A DNA stretch of 49,474 nt from Candidatus Woesearchaeota archaeon (GCA_038850615.1 JAWCLR010000006.1:1-49474); one strand, 5' to 3'. Positions 1 to 9,855 are shown, counted from the first letter of the stretch. The notes: generated by a model not told the origin, from the letters alone. Translations and numbers: made by a program.

Positions 1-184
1 ATAATTGCGCCATTGTTTTTATGCTAAGCGTCTTTGCCAACCCCGGATATCCTTCAAGTATGGCGTGCGAGTTTGTCAAGAGGGCCACAATCATCTGCTT
101 GAGCACCTCATCCATCCCCACAATTACCCTGTTCATTTCATGGAGCAGGTGGTCAAATGTTTTTTTGGCATCTTCCAGTCTCAT
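1..184 (-). CDS. MoxR-family AAA+ ATPase, N-terminal fragment (continues past left edge)
   Basis: Not in the ORF track because there is no stop in the window. My minus-strand translation from the ATG at 184 reads MRLEDAKKTFDHLLHEMNRVIVGMDEVLKQMIVALLTNSHAILEGYPGLAKTLSIKTMAQL. This matches a MoxR N-terminus through the PGLAKT Walker A. A GGAGG lies a few nt upstream of the ATG. Confidence 0.75.
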   Translation of the reverse strand, partial: MRLEDAKKTFDHLLHEMNRVIVGMDEVLKQMIVALLTNSHAILEGYPGLAKTLSIKTMAQL

Positions 185-202
185 TTTTTCATCCTCCTTT
201 CA

Positions 203-994
203 TTATGATGTTTTTGCGATTTCGCGGAAATATGATTTCACGATGCGCTGGTAACCTTTCGGAATGCTTTCCTGGAATGAAACGTCTGTAGTTGCCTTGA
301 TTTCCTCAGGCAGCGTGCTCTTGAATTCCCTTGTTTCAGGCGGCAGGACCTTGCTGATGTCAATGTCGCTAAGAACTGGCGACAATTGTAGCTGTATTTC
401 GTCATTGCCCAGCTCTTCTATGGTCTTGTTTCCGTAAATGTCCTCGCTCATGTTCTCCACGAACTCAAGCCCTTCGCCTGTGAGCGCATACTCACCCGCG
501 CCTTCCCCAAGCTTTCCAAGGTCGCGCAGTGTTTCGCGGAAATCAAGGAATTTTATGCCATGCGCTGATACAGCAACAATGAATATGCTGACAACAGCAA
601 GCGTTATCAGTTCGCGCGTGAGCCTTCCAAAGCTCAGGAAGTATGATGTCTTTATTGCCTTCATACCACGGAGGACGTCCTGCTGGAGGCTTTGGACAAT
701 CACGTTCTCCTTTTCTGTGTTGTCAGCAACCGTGATGAGCTGCTCCTTTAGCTCAGGCACCTTTTCCTCAACATATGCGAGGTTTCTGTGCTTCCTAAGG
801 CGCCTGTACGTATGTATTCCGCCATAAAGCAGTGCGGGAACAAGGGCATACCACCATTGCACTGATATCAGAATGAGGACAAGGGCGCATATCATGAACA
901 CCACAAGCGTGTCAAGCACTGCGTTGAAGAGTGTTATCTGCGATACGGCTGACCGCACTTCCTTCAATGCCAAAATGATTGGTTTTGTTGCCAT
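203..994 (-). CDS. Membrane protein of the vWA/MoxR cluster, function unknown
   Basis: 263-aa ORF with hydrophobic helices (LDTLVVFMICALVLILISVQWWYALVPALLYGG; LITLAVVSIFIVAVSA). Its start shares 1 nt with the stop of the upstream ORF, so it lies in the same operon. Confidence 0.6.
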   Translation of the reverse strand: MATKPIILALKEVRSAVSQITLFNAVLDTLVVFMICALVLILISVQWWYALVPALLYGGIHTYRRLRKHRNLAYVEEKVPELKEQLITVADNTEKENVIVQSLQQDVLRGMKAIKTSYFLSFGRLTRELITLAVVSIFIVAVSAHGIKFLDFRETLRDLGKLGEGAGEYALTGEGLEFVENMSEDIYGNKTIEELGNDEIQLQLSPVLSDIDISKVLPPETREFKSTLPEEIKATTDVSFQESIPKGYQRIVKSYFREIAKTS

Positions 995-1539
995 TAGCAG
1001 GTTCCTTCCTCTCCGTCTGCCTTTGTCTGCAGGCAGGAAATCTTTGCTGTAAGGGTGTCTATCGTGTTCTTGTAATCGTTAATCTTCTTGTTGAGCGCCA
1101 CGATGTCTGCCTGGGCTTCTGCAAGGTCTGCCTTGAGGCGCTCATTCTCCCCTTTTGTTGCCTCAAGCTGGTTTTTTGTTGTTTGCAGGAGGTTCTCTGT
1201 GCTTTCAAGTTCCCTTTCAAGGCTTTGCTTTACTTGGGTCAATTGTTTTTTCTCGCTTTCAAGCACTGTTTTTTCCTCTTTTACTGTGGCGTACTGATGG
1301 CTGAATTCTTCCTCGCGTGCTGCCTTTAGGGTCAGCTCGCTCTTTATTTGTTCAAGCGCCGCCTGTTTTTCCTCCAGGTCTTTCGTAACCTGGTTAAGTT
1401 GGGCGAGTTTTGAGTTGTATGCCGTGTTTATGCGGTCAAAGTTTTCTTGGAAGAACACTGTTGCCGCTACAAGCGCGCTTGCGCTTATCAGTATCAGGAA
1501 CAAAAGGATGATGTTCGCATTTCTGGTTATGTATGCCAT
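994..1539 (-). CDS. Membrane-anchored coiled-coil protein
   Basis: One N-terminal TM helix (IILLFLILISASALVAATVFF) followed by about 140 aa of heptad-like E/K/Q/L-rich sequence. The likely start is the ATG at 1539 (MAYITRN), just after the upstream stop at 1541. Confidence 0.6.
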   Translation of the reverse strand: MAYITRNANIILLFLILISASALVAATVFFQENFDRINTAYNSKLAQLNQVTKDLEEKQAALEQIKSELTLKAAREEEFSHQYATVKEEKTVLESEKKQLTQVKQSLERELESTENLLQTTKNQLEATKGENERLKADLAEAQADIVALNKKINDYKNTIDTLTAKISCLQTKADGEEGTC

Positions 1540-1540
1540 G

Positions 1541-3928
1541 TCATTCCCTCCTGACAAGTCTCCTTATAAATATTTCTACGAGGAATATGAGGACTGCTGC
1601 AAGCACGAATGGCCAGCCAAGCCTGTCTTTTGTGTTGACAATCCTTTTTGCTTTTGCCTTTGTGTGTTCGACTATGCCGTCAATGTCGCCGGGGTCAAAG
1701 ATTTTTCCTCCGGTGCTCGCAACTATTTTTGCAAGTTCCTCGTTGAAGCCAAGTCCTCCGTACTCGCGGGCATAGTTTGCCGCGAATACCGCCCCTGAGA
1801 CTTCGTGGAAGCCTGTTGTTGTGGGGGTCATTGCTGCAGAATACAAGTCCTCATCTATCTTGTAGAACGTCACCCCTTTTGCTTCTGGCGGGGTTTCTGA
1901 CTTTATTGTTATTTCTGTTGGCTCGTTGACTATTGTGTCTTTTGCGTCAATGAAGCTTTCTGCTTTTCTGTCAGGGTCTCCTATTGCCCAGTTGAACATG
2001 CGTGCATAAATCTTGCTGTTCTTCTTGCTTAAGACGTCGCCTGCCCATTCCCTGCCGTCGTCTGTGCTCCAGGCAGCAACCCTTCCGAGTCCGACGCGCC
2101 AGACAGTGAGTATTGGTTCGCCGGTGGTTGTTGTCAAGAGGAGTCTTGCCGTGGTTTTTGGCACGACTTGGTTGAAGCCGTGGATGTCTGCCTTTGGCTC
2201 ATAGCCCTCTGTTATGAAGTGGTTTGCGTTCAGCACTACAAGCCCCATTGTTCCGCCTTTTTGTTTTTGGTCCTCAACGTCTCCGAAGATTATCTTGAGT
2301 TTTGTTTCTTCTGTAGCTCTGAAGTAGATTCCATTGCCTATTTCTGCAATCTGAATCATGAGGTTTTCGTTTGTGGTTGGTCCAACGCCAACAGTGTAAA
2401 TCCTGATTCCCTCGTTTGCGGCAAGCTTGGCTGCTTCTATTGCTGCGCTTTCGCTTTGTGTTTTTCCGTCGCTCATCAGGATTATGTTCTTGCTTCCGCC
2501 CATTTGGGAGAGCATTGCGATTGCTTTGAGCAGTCCTGCTTGTATGAGTGTTCCTCCGCCGAATTTGAGCCTGCCTATGCGGTCATCAAGCCCAACTTTT
2601 TCATAAACGTAGCTTGGTTCTGAGATTAGGTATGCCTGCGTGTTGAAAGCAACAACAGCAAGCCTGATGTCCAGTCTAAGGTCCCTGTAAATGCCGATTG
2701 CTGCTGATTTTTCAAATTCTGCAGTGCTTGTGAACCTTCCGAATGGTGCGCCTGTGCTTCCTGAAATGTCCATTACAATGACAACACTTATCTCTCCTGG
2801 CTTCTTGCCCGGTGTTGAGACAAAGACAGGAAGCATTGTTTCAAAAACAGAGTCTTTGTAGTTGCCGTTGTCAAAGGAGTTCTTTCCGCCGATTACGACC
2901 ATTCCGTTGCCGTCGCTGACGAACTCATTTATCCTGTCGCTTGCTTCCTTCAGCTTGTCCGCATTCAGGTCATTGATTGCTATTGCATAATAGTCCTTGA
3001 GGTTTGAGGGCACTGTTGATAATGAGTCGACAACATACAGCTGGCTGAGCAGCGTCTTGAGTGGCGATTCTTTCTCAGAGACAAAGAGGATTCTTGGTTT
3101 TGGCACGACCTTGACTGTCTTGTAAAAGATGTTGTTTTGCGGGAAGTAATCCTTTGCGTCAATCTTGGCAACAAGCTTGTGATATCCCTCAGGTAGCTTT
3201 TGCGTTATTTCCTTTACTGGGTCTGCGGTGGTCTCGTCAATCAGGGTTGCTCCGTCAAGTGTAACCACAAGATGGACCGGGTCCTTTTTTCCGACGCGAT
3301 TGATTACTATTGTGAAAGTGTTTTCAACGTCAGCCATTGTCTTGCTTGGGCCGAGAATTGCGACTCCAACATCTGTTTCCTTTGGGGCGAGCCTTATCGC
3401 ATTGATTGTTGCGTTGAGTTTTGTTGCAAACAATGCCACGTCGCCAAGGTTTGCCCCGAAGTTGCTGTTGCCGTCTGTCACGAGGAGGACGCTTTGCGCG
3501 GGCTCGAGGTTGTTGAGTATTGCATCGCCGAGCTCTGAGCGTTCTCCTGTTGCAATTGTTTTTGTTTCAACATTGAGCTTTTTTTCAAGGGCTGCTGAAA
3601 GCCGTGGCTCAACAGGCTCAAAGAGCTCCATGCTTGTTGAGTTGTCAATGAGGAGCTTGATGTAAGGGTCTCCCTCAATTATTTTTTCGTGCTGTACGTA
3701 TGGGGACGCAAGGGCTATGCAAAGCAGTATTATGATGAGCGTCCTTGTCAGCGCCATTATTTTCCGTGCTCTTTTTTTCTGCTTTACGACATCTGGGTCT
3801 TCCTTGAGCTTTATGAATTCCTTTTTCAGCAGCCACAATGCAATCAGGACAAGGGGGATTGCAAGCAGTATGACAAATGGCTGCTCAAAGTAGCCGTAAG
3901 CCAGCTTTACGAATGCTGTTATGCTCAT
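1541..3928 (-). CDS. Large membrane protein with two von Willebrand factor A (vWA) domains
   Basis: Two MIDAS-type motifs are present (LLIDNSTSMEL and VVIVMDISGSTG). Each is followed by a xDG motif (LLVTDGNSN, ILMSDGKTQ). There are N- and C-terminal TM helices. The gene overlaps the upstream gene by 4 nt. Confidence 0.8.
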   Translation of the reverse strand: MSITAFVKLAYGYFEQPFVILLAIPLVLIALWLLKKEFIKLKEDPDVVKQKKRARKIMALTRTLIIILLCIALASPYVQHEKIIEGDPYIKLLIDNSTSMELFEPVEPRLSAALEKKLNVETKTIATGERSELGDAILNNLEPAQSVLLVTDGNSNFGANLGDVALFATKLNATINAIRLAPKETDVGVAILGPSKTMADVENTFTIVINRVGKKDPVHLVVTLDGATLIDETTADPVKEITQKLPEGYHKLVAKIDAKDYFPQNNIFYKTVKVVPKPRILFVSEKESPLKTLLSQLYVVDSLSTVPSNLKDYYAIAINDLNADKLKEASDRINEFVSDGNGMVVIGGKNSFDNGNYKDSVFETMLPVFVSTPGKKPGEISVVIVMDISGSTGAPFGRFTSTAEFEKSAAIGIYRDLRLDIRLAVVAFNTQAYLISEPSYVYEKVGLDDRIGRLKFGGGTLIQAGLLKAIAMLSQMGGSKNIILMSDGKTQSESAAIEAAKLAANEGIRIYTVGVGPTTNENLMIQIAEIGNGIYFRATEETKLKIIFGDVEDQKQKGGTMGLVVLNANHFITEGYEPKADIHGFNQVVPKTTARLLLTTTTGEPILTVWRVGLGRVAAWSTDDGREWAGDVLSKKNSKIYARMFNWAIGDPDRKAESFIDAKDTIVNEPTEITIKSETPPEAKGVTFYKIDEDLYSAAMTPTTTGFHEVSGAVFAANYAREYGGLGFNEELAKIVASTGGKIFDPGDIDGIVEHTKAKAKRIVNTKDRLGWPFVLAAVLIFLVEIFIRRLVRRE

Positions 3929-5745
3929 ACCAATCCCCTCATCTTGACGTACAACAATTCAATGAACAGCAGGATTAATGCGAGGAGGACAAAGGGCATT
4001 TCAAACTCGAACTTGCGTTTTTCCTTGACGGGCTTGAGCTCAAATTCAGTGCTCTTTGCTCCCATTGTCGTGTTTGCGTTGATGTCGCTCTCGCGCTCGC
4101 TCAGCAGGTTCACGGCAAGGGTCCTGCCGTCCTCAAACTTGTAAACCCCTGCCTCCTCAAATATCATTGCTGACTTCTTGAGTATCTTTGTTGGGGTTTC
4201 AATCCTTTGCAGTGCATCAAGGATTATCGTGTCTCCTGTCTTGTAGTTCAGGTTCCTGACATCTTGTTGGTCAGTGAGGAAGCGCATGAATTCTGTCCAG
4301 AATATTGGGTAGCCGGGCGAGTACGGGAAGTCTGATGACTTTTCGAGAATGCCGTAGTATGCAAGCTTGCCTTTTCCTTTTTTGCCTATCGCAACAAGCG
4401 GTTTTCCAACAACAGAGAGCACTGTTAGCGTGTTTTCTTTCGGTGTCGTGCTGAAAAAGTAATCAACAGCGCCGAATTCTATGTTTCTCGTGAACTTGTT
4501 CAGCTGGTCAACTGTTATGAATCCTCCTTCTGACCTTCCGCCAAGGTCAACAGGCAGCAGTCCTTTGTAGTCAATCTTGTCAGAATCTTCCTGCGCTCCT
4601 ATTACTATGCTTGCCCCCTCCTCTGCCTTTCTTGCAAGGTCCTCAAAAGTGCCTGGAAGGATGTTTTTTGGGTTGATGTTGTGAATGATGTAAACGTCAA
4701 AATTGTCTTTTGGGATTATTGGCGGTTCTGCAATGGTGAGTTCTGTTTCGCCTGACGCGAGGAGTGCATTCTTGAGGAATATGCTTGCGTTGTTCGTGAT
4801 GAGCAATGCTTTTGTTTTTGCTCCGCTTGGGCTGCTCAAATAAACTGTGTTGTCAACAGGAAAGTCGTCCTGGACGTTCAGCGTTATTTTTGTCAGGTCA
4901 GGAGGGGTGATGATTGAGAATGTTTCTATGGAGTGCGCTGCGAGGGTGAGGTCTTTTGCGCCTGTTCCAATGCTGACCTTTATTTTTTGCTGTGTCGGTT
5001 CGTAGTTTTTGACATAAATCGTGGTTGTTGTTGGTTCTGCCAGCATGTCAACTATGCCTATGTTTGTCCGGTGTTCGCCTGTTGCCGTGTTTATGAAGTC
5101 AACTGTTGTTCCCCTGCTTTCAACAACCGCCTTTGCTATGTGGGGGTCTTGTCCTGCGGTATTGATGAAGTCGCTCAGCACGATTACCCTTCCTTCTTTG
5201 CCTGCTAGCACTTCTCCGCCAAGGATTACTGCATCGCCTATCCTGCTTGTCGTGTCCCTGGGCTTCAGGGCATTAAGGTATTCTATTGTATCTGCAAAAT
5301 CAGCGTCCTGTATTCCTATTTGCGCTACGTCCTTTGCAAGTATGATTGTGTTCTTTGCTCCCAGCACTGACCTTGCCTTTTCAACAGCAATGTCAAATCT
5401 TGTCTTTCCGTTTTCTTTTGTCTGCGAGCTTGCAGAAACATCTATGACTACGACGGTGTTTTCCGCAGTTATGTCGGGGGAATAACTCGTGTAGGGCTGT
5501 GCAAGGGTAGATGCGAGCAGGAATATTATGAGGAACTGCAGGAGGAATAGCCAGTCTCGCAAGAACTGCCTGAGGAAGCTCGTGAGCTTTGTTGCGCCTG
5601 AGCTTTTCATGAAGAACATCAGGCTGGGAATGGTCATCAGTTTTGGCCTTGGGCGTATGAGATAAATGAGTATTAAGGGTATGAGGCTTAATAATGCCCA
5701 GATTCCTGCACTGTTGCCTATCTCGACGAGGCCAAATAATGCCAT
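3925..5745 (-). CDS. BatA-like vWA-domain membrane protein
   Basis: The N-terminal segment LLSLIPLILIYLIRPRPK resembles the aerotolerance/BatA N-terminal TM domain. A vWA MIDAS motif VVVIDVSASSQ and VIVLSDFINT follow. The C-terminal TM is FVLLALILLFIELLYV. Confidence 0.8.
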   Translation of the reverse strand: MALFGLVEIGNSAGIWALLSLIPLILIYLIRPRPKLMTIPSLMFFMKSSGATKLTSFLRQFLRDWLFLLQFLIIFLLASTLAQPYTSYSPDITAENTVVVIDVSASSQTKENGKTRFDIAVEKARSVLGAKNTIILAKDVAQIGIQDADFADTIEYLNALKPRDTTSRIGDAVILGGEVLAGKEGRVIVLSDFINTAGQDPHIAKAVVESRGTTVDFINTATGEHRTNIGIVDMLAEPTTTTIYVKNYEPTQQKIKVSIGTGAKDLTLAAHSIETFSIITPPDLTKITLNVQDDFPVDNTVYLSSPSGAKTKALLITNNASIFLKNALLASGETELTIAEPPIIPKDNFDVYIIHNINPKNILPGTFEDLARKAEEGASIVIGAQEDSDKIDYKGLLPVDLGGRSEGGFITVDQLNKFTRNIEFGAVDYFFSTTPKENTLTVLSVVGKPLVAIGKKGKGKLAYYGILEKSSDFPYSPGYPIFWTEFMRFLTDQQDVRNLNYKTGDTIILDALQRIETPTKILKKSAMIFEEAGVYKFEDGRTLAVNLLSERESDINANTTMGAKSTEFELKPVKEKRKFEFEMPFVLLALILLFIELLYVKMRGLV

Positions 5746-5814
5746 ATACGTTTGTCTATACTGGTATCCCTATTTAAGTATTTCTGTTATTAATAAATAG
5801 GAAAGAAAAATGAA

Positions 5815-6135
5815 TCAGAAATGGAAAGTGACTCGTTTGCGGGCTATTGTTACCTGCTTTGTGTTGCCGCATGCTTCCATCAATGCCTTCTTGCAATTTT
5901 CGCTTTTTGCAAGAACATTGACTTGCGTGACATCCTCGGGAAGTCCTCCCAGCACAACTTCAAGGGCGCTTAGAAGCGGATTTCCATTTATGCGGTCAGC
6001 AGGCCTGAAGAATACGTAGTAAGGTTCAACACCGCCATTCCTGTATGTAAGCTTATGTTTTCCATCACTGCCGCACTCAAAGTGTACCTCGTAAGGTGGT
6101 GCTGATGTTGGGACTGGTCTTAAGTAGTCAATCAT
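5815..6135 (-). CDS. Hypothetical protein
   Basis: ORF 5815..6159. I prefer the ATG at 6135 (MIDYLRPV) because GGAAGGAGTGA lies about 8 nt upstream. No motif was recognised. Confidence 0.5.
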   Translation of the reverse strand: MIDYLRPVPTSAPPYEVHFECGSDGKHKLTYRNGGVEPYYVFFRPADRINGNPLLSALEVVLGGLPEDVTQVNVLAKSENCKKALMEACGNTKQVTIARKRVTFHF

Positions 6136-6195
6136 TTTTGTCTTCACTCCTTCCCTCAATAAATGTCGAGAATGGGGCAGGTGAAGGTCGGGAAT

Positions 6196-7185
6196 TTATA
6201 AAGTTATTGGTTTCGGATACGTTCCTGCCAGCATGAATACCTTGTGCGTCTTGACTGCCTCTCCGCGCTCTGCCTTGAGGATGTCTTCTGCGTTTAGCTG
6301 TGCTTCTCCGAGAGCAATTAGTTCTCCTTTTAGCGTCATTATTGCAACAGTGCTTCCTTTTGCCACATCAGAATCAAGCTTTACAATGCCAGGCACTTTG
6401 AGTGATGCTCCGTGGCAGATTGTGTCAACTGCTGAGTCCTGCACGTAAACCTTGGATAGATGAGAAACTCCGAACTCAACTGGCTTGATGCAGTGCCTGA
6501 GAAGTTTGTCATTGTTTTCGTTTTTCCAGTACCAGTAAGCGTCCTCAAGGTCCTGGAGGGTAACATAGTCCTCATCCGTGAATTGTCCTGCTTTTGTCCT
6601 GTGAAGGGCAGCCATGTGCGCGCCTGTCTTTAATGCAATTCCGATGTCGTGGCAGAGCTTTCTGATGTACGTTCCTGCCTCGCAGCCCACCTTGAACAAT
6701 ATGTCCTTGCCCTGCACTTCAAGGACTTCAAAATAATACACTTCCCGTTGCCTCATTTGTCTCTTGATTGCGGACCTTAACGGCGGCAGCTGGGTGATTT
6801 TTCCAACAAATTTCTTGATTGCCGCTTCTAATTCCTTTGTCGGCACTTCGTCGTGCAAGTGCATTACTCCGACGTATTCCTTTCCTGCGGTGAGGAGCAT
6901 CTGGACTATTCGTGTAGCTCTTCCAAGCGCAACTGGAAGAACTCCTGTAACTCCAGGGTCTAAAGTGCCTGAGTGTCCTGCTTTCTCAATGTGCAGGATT
7001 TTTTGTATGTAGTCAGACACTTGGTGGCTTGTTGGTCCTGCTGGCTTGTTCAGGTTGATTATGCCGTAATTGACAAGAATGCCTGTTGCCCTTTTTTCAG
7101 GACTGCAGCCGTAGTCTGGATTTGTTTCTGCGTGCTTTTTCTCAAGCAGTTTTGCCCTGCGTTTCTCAAATGGCAATGATTGCAT
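6196..7185 (-). CDS. cbf5: tRNA/rRNA pseudouridine synthase Cbf5 (H/ACA RNP catalytic subunit)
   Basis: TruB-family catalytic motif HSGTLDPGVTGVLPVALG. The N-terminus NYGIINLNKPAGPTSHQV is typical of archaeal Cbf5. A C-terminal PUA-like segment is present. Confidence 0.93.
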   Translation of the reverse strand: MQSLPFEKRRAKLLEKKHAETNPDYGCSPEKRATGILVNYGIINLNKPAGPTSHQVSDYIQKILHIEKAGHSGTLDPGVTGVLPVALGRATRIVQMLLTAGKEYVGVMHLHDEVPTKELEAAIKKFVGKITQLPPLRSAIKRQMRQREVYYFEVLEVQGKDILFKVGCEAGTYIRKLCHDIGIALKTGAHMAALHRTKAGQFTDEDYVTLQDLEDAYWYWKNENNDKLLRHCIKPVEFGVSHLSKVYVQDSAVDTICHGASLKVPGIVKLDSDVAKGSTVAIMTLKGELIALGEAQLNAEDILKAERGEAVKTHKVFMLAGTYPKPITL

Positions 7186-7377
7186 AAGACGTAAGGTTCG
7201 TGCTGATTATTTAAAGCAATCGGAACCATTGGAATATGGCGCTATGAATTTTGTTGGCCTTTTCAGGTTCTGTGAATTTCCCGTTGTTTTCCTGTGCCAT
7301 TGAATGCAGAATATTCATTCAGTACTTGTTCAAATTCGTTCTTTTCAATGACAACAATGCGCATCGTGGCAGAAATC

Positions 7378-7500
7378 TTATTCAATCACGCTTCCGCAGT
7401 TCTTGCAGACATGGGCTTTTTTCTTCTCGTTCCATTCTGTTGTGATTCCATAGTCTATCTTGTGCTCGCACTTTGGGCACTTGGGCTCCAGATATGCCAT
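7378..7500 (-). CDS. Small zinc-ribbon protein (40 aa)
   Basis: Below the ORF-track size cutoff. My translation reads MAYLEPKCPKCEHKIDYGITTEWNEKKKAHVCKNCGSVIE, with paired CxxC motifs (CPKC...CKNC). Confidence 0.5.
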   Translation of the reverse strand: MAYLEPKCPKCEHKIDYGITTEWNEKKKAHVCKNCGSVIE

Positions 7501-7626
7501 TGAGTTGAAAAAGTTTATCGGCTCCATTTTAGGCCATTAAACTGTGCTTTTCTCACCTTGTGCAGAAACGTATTAAGCAATTGCTATGGCTGGACGCTAT
7601 AAATACGTTTTTATATAAAATTTAAA

Positions 7627-8037
7627 TTATTCTCCTGATACCTCGTTTTCTTCTATTTCCTCTGGCTCTTCTTCCTCTTCTTCTTTTTCCTTGCGCCTTT
7701 TCCTTGGAACTGCTGAACCGCCAGATGACCACTTTCCAACAAAACCACCTATAAAGAACGCAATCACGAAGAGCAGAAGAGTTAGGATGTATTCAAGAAC
7801 ATCAGTAGTCACCACGACCGCAAGACCTGCCATTGCAGACAGCCCGATTACTCCGCCTGCTGTGAAGCTGGAATCAGGAACACCGTACTTTTTCGTGAAG
7901 TAAATGATTGCAATTATAGTCAGTACGATCGCAACAATAAGCTTGATTCCGATTCCCTTTGTTACAAAATTAAGCAGGAATGTTGCCAGGGAAATTACAA
8001 AAGCAGTAATCAGCGACCACTTGAACAAGTCCTCCAT
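7627..8037 (-). CDS. Polytopic membrane protein with acidic C-terminal tail
   Basis: Four hydrophobic helices followed by RKRRKEKEEEEEEPEEIEENE. A TATA-like AT-rich box lies about 20 nt upstream. Confidence 0.6.
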   Translation of the reverse strand: MEDLFKWSLITAFVISLATFLLNFVTKGIGIKLIVAIVLTIIAIIYFTKKYGVPDSSFTAGGVIGLSAMAGLAVVVTTDVLEYILTLLLFVIAFFIGGFVGKWSSGGSAVPRKRRKEKEEEEEEPEEIEENEVSGE

Positions 8038-8241
8038 GATTTGCGGGAAATCGCTTTTATATTAAAAACTTAACGCATAACAGGCTTTTGCTTCTTGCAA
8101 TCGCGGTGCCAATGACACTGGACGTTCTTCACTTATTCGTGAGGCATCCCAGCCAAACATTTATCAGAAGAAGAAAGCCAAGCTTTTCAAAAGCTTTATA
8201 AAAAATAGTACTTACTAAAATGTAACAACAGCAGGTGTGAA

Positions 8242-9802
8242 ATGGGAAAGAAACTCGCGTTGATTGCCGCTGGATTGGTCGGACTTATTGCTGCCTGTAA
8301 CAAGAAGACAGAAACGAACATTGTGCCAGTGCAGGTCTATCCTGTAATCGCGCGCTGAAGGCATAAACAATGCGGGCAACAAGGTCATTCTTGAAGACCA
8401 CATTCAAGGCAGTTGTGGCAACCTGATTGTCTTTGATACTTCATCAGGCAACACGAACCTCCTGCGCCAGGCTCTCCCGCAAGACTCTTACCGCTTGCTC
8501 TGCGCCACAACGCAGACAAAAGCGGTTATTTACGAAAAAGATTACAGCATACAGGCGTCCAACAGCGATATTGTCGTTGCTGACCTTGAGGGCGGTGCTC
8601 ACTTTGACAGCAACACGCCTGACAAGGACGAACACTTCCTGAAAATGGTCAATAATGACCAGACTGCGCTATACGAGGAATACGACTTGCTGTTCCATAT
8701 CGCAAGGATAATGTCTGTTGATGTGAACACGCATGCAACACAAGACCTGTTTGCTTCCGAAAGGGTGACGTACATTAATAACAACGAAAATGATTTGAGA
8801 GTTTTTACCGAGGACGTTTTCGGAAACCATAAATTCTATTTGATAGATGATAGCGGAGCAAAACAGCTTTTATTGGCTACAGGTCCAAAAAACCACATTG
8901 AGTACTCCTCCACCCCTGAAGTGGCTGCATACTGCAATTATCCAGATATTGTGTTCAAACTGTTTGGCACAGGGGCAACCGCTAAATTTGTCCCGCCAAA
9001 CCCTGACCCGTCCACATCATATTACCTCCAGGGCCTAACACAGGCAGAGGCAATTGTGTGCGGGCATAACACCACAAGGACAACCCCTGCATTTTATCAT
9101 TTTGATTTTGCAACCCAAACAACCACTCCAATTGACCTCAGCACATTCCCGAACTGGGAGGGGTATTGGGACGACATGGTAAATGGGGCAGGCAGGCTGG
9201 CGATACCTGGAAATGACAATGTGCTCTTCTACAACAGGGCAAACGGCACAATAGAGGATTTAATCACACCAGTAATTGGCGCCAAACCCGATAATGCTTT
9301 TATCATTGCAAAGTACGGTGGAAAGGCAGTTATCAGAACATGGTATCAGGATGCAAACCAAAATTACATTAACAAAGTATTGTACTTTGACGGAACAAAT
9401 GTGGCTGACACACTTCCATCACATAACGACGTATGGGTAAATGGAAGGTCAAACGACGGCAAATATGCGCTCCTAATCGCAAACAATTTTGACTTAGTCC
9501 TTTTTGATGTTGAAGCAGGCACTTCCCAGGCGATCTACAACGGACTCATTAGAAATCCAATGCTCTCACCAGATTCCTCAATCGTGGTGTACACGGCATA
9601 TGATACTGCAACAAACGAAACAGTTGTCAACGTGTATGATATTGCGGCAAAAACAACAAGGGAGCTTTCAAGGAAAACATCAATGATTTGCCAAATTTAC
9701 GACATCAGCAAGGACAACAGCACCGTGATTATAGGAAGGGATTACGGCATTTTTTCAATAAATACCGCCACCGGTAACGAGACATTTATCGCGTACGAAT
9801 AA
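8242..9802 (+). pseudogene. Lipoprotein with PD40/TolB-like beta-propeller repeats, reading frame broken near 8349-8356
   Basis: ATG 8242 has an AGGTG Shine-Dalgarno and an upstream TTTATAAAA box. It encodes MGKKLALIAAGLVGLIAAC (signal peptide plus lipobox) and stops at 8356-8358. The 435-aa ORF (track start TTG 8495) is open in the +1 frame back to 8348. Its body carries repeats such as NGRSNDGKYALLIANNFDLVLFD and SPDSSIVVY, typical of PD40 propellers. Confidence 0.6.
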
Positions 9803-9855
9803 TACAGGCAAGTGTCCTGTTGCGAGCGAAGCGAGTCTATTGGACTTATTGAATC

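Noticed and set aside
5-254. Plus-strand ORFs 5..208 and 21..254
   Set aside because: They are shadow ORFs opposite the clearly MoxR-like minus-strand coding sequence (1-184) and its upstream region.
7211-7364. Two overlapping small minus-strand ORFs between the zinc-ribbon gene and cbf5 (MRIVVIEKNEFEQVLNEYSAFNGTGKQREIHRT and MAQENNGKFTEPEKANKIHSAIFQWFRLL)
   Set aside because: They might be one ~60-aa gene with yet another frameshift. However, both pieces are very short, no motif is recognisable, and the distal one overlaps the putative cbf5 TATA box. The evidence is insufficient to call a feature.
7500-8240. AT-rich stretches near 7590-7626 and 8040-8070 as a possible replication origin (polB nearby)
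   Set aside because: There are no repeated ORB-like elements or an orc1/cdc6 gene. The AT-rich boxes are at promoter or terminator distances from the flanking genes.
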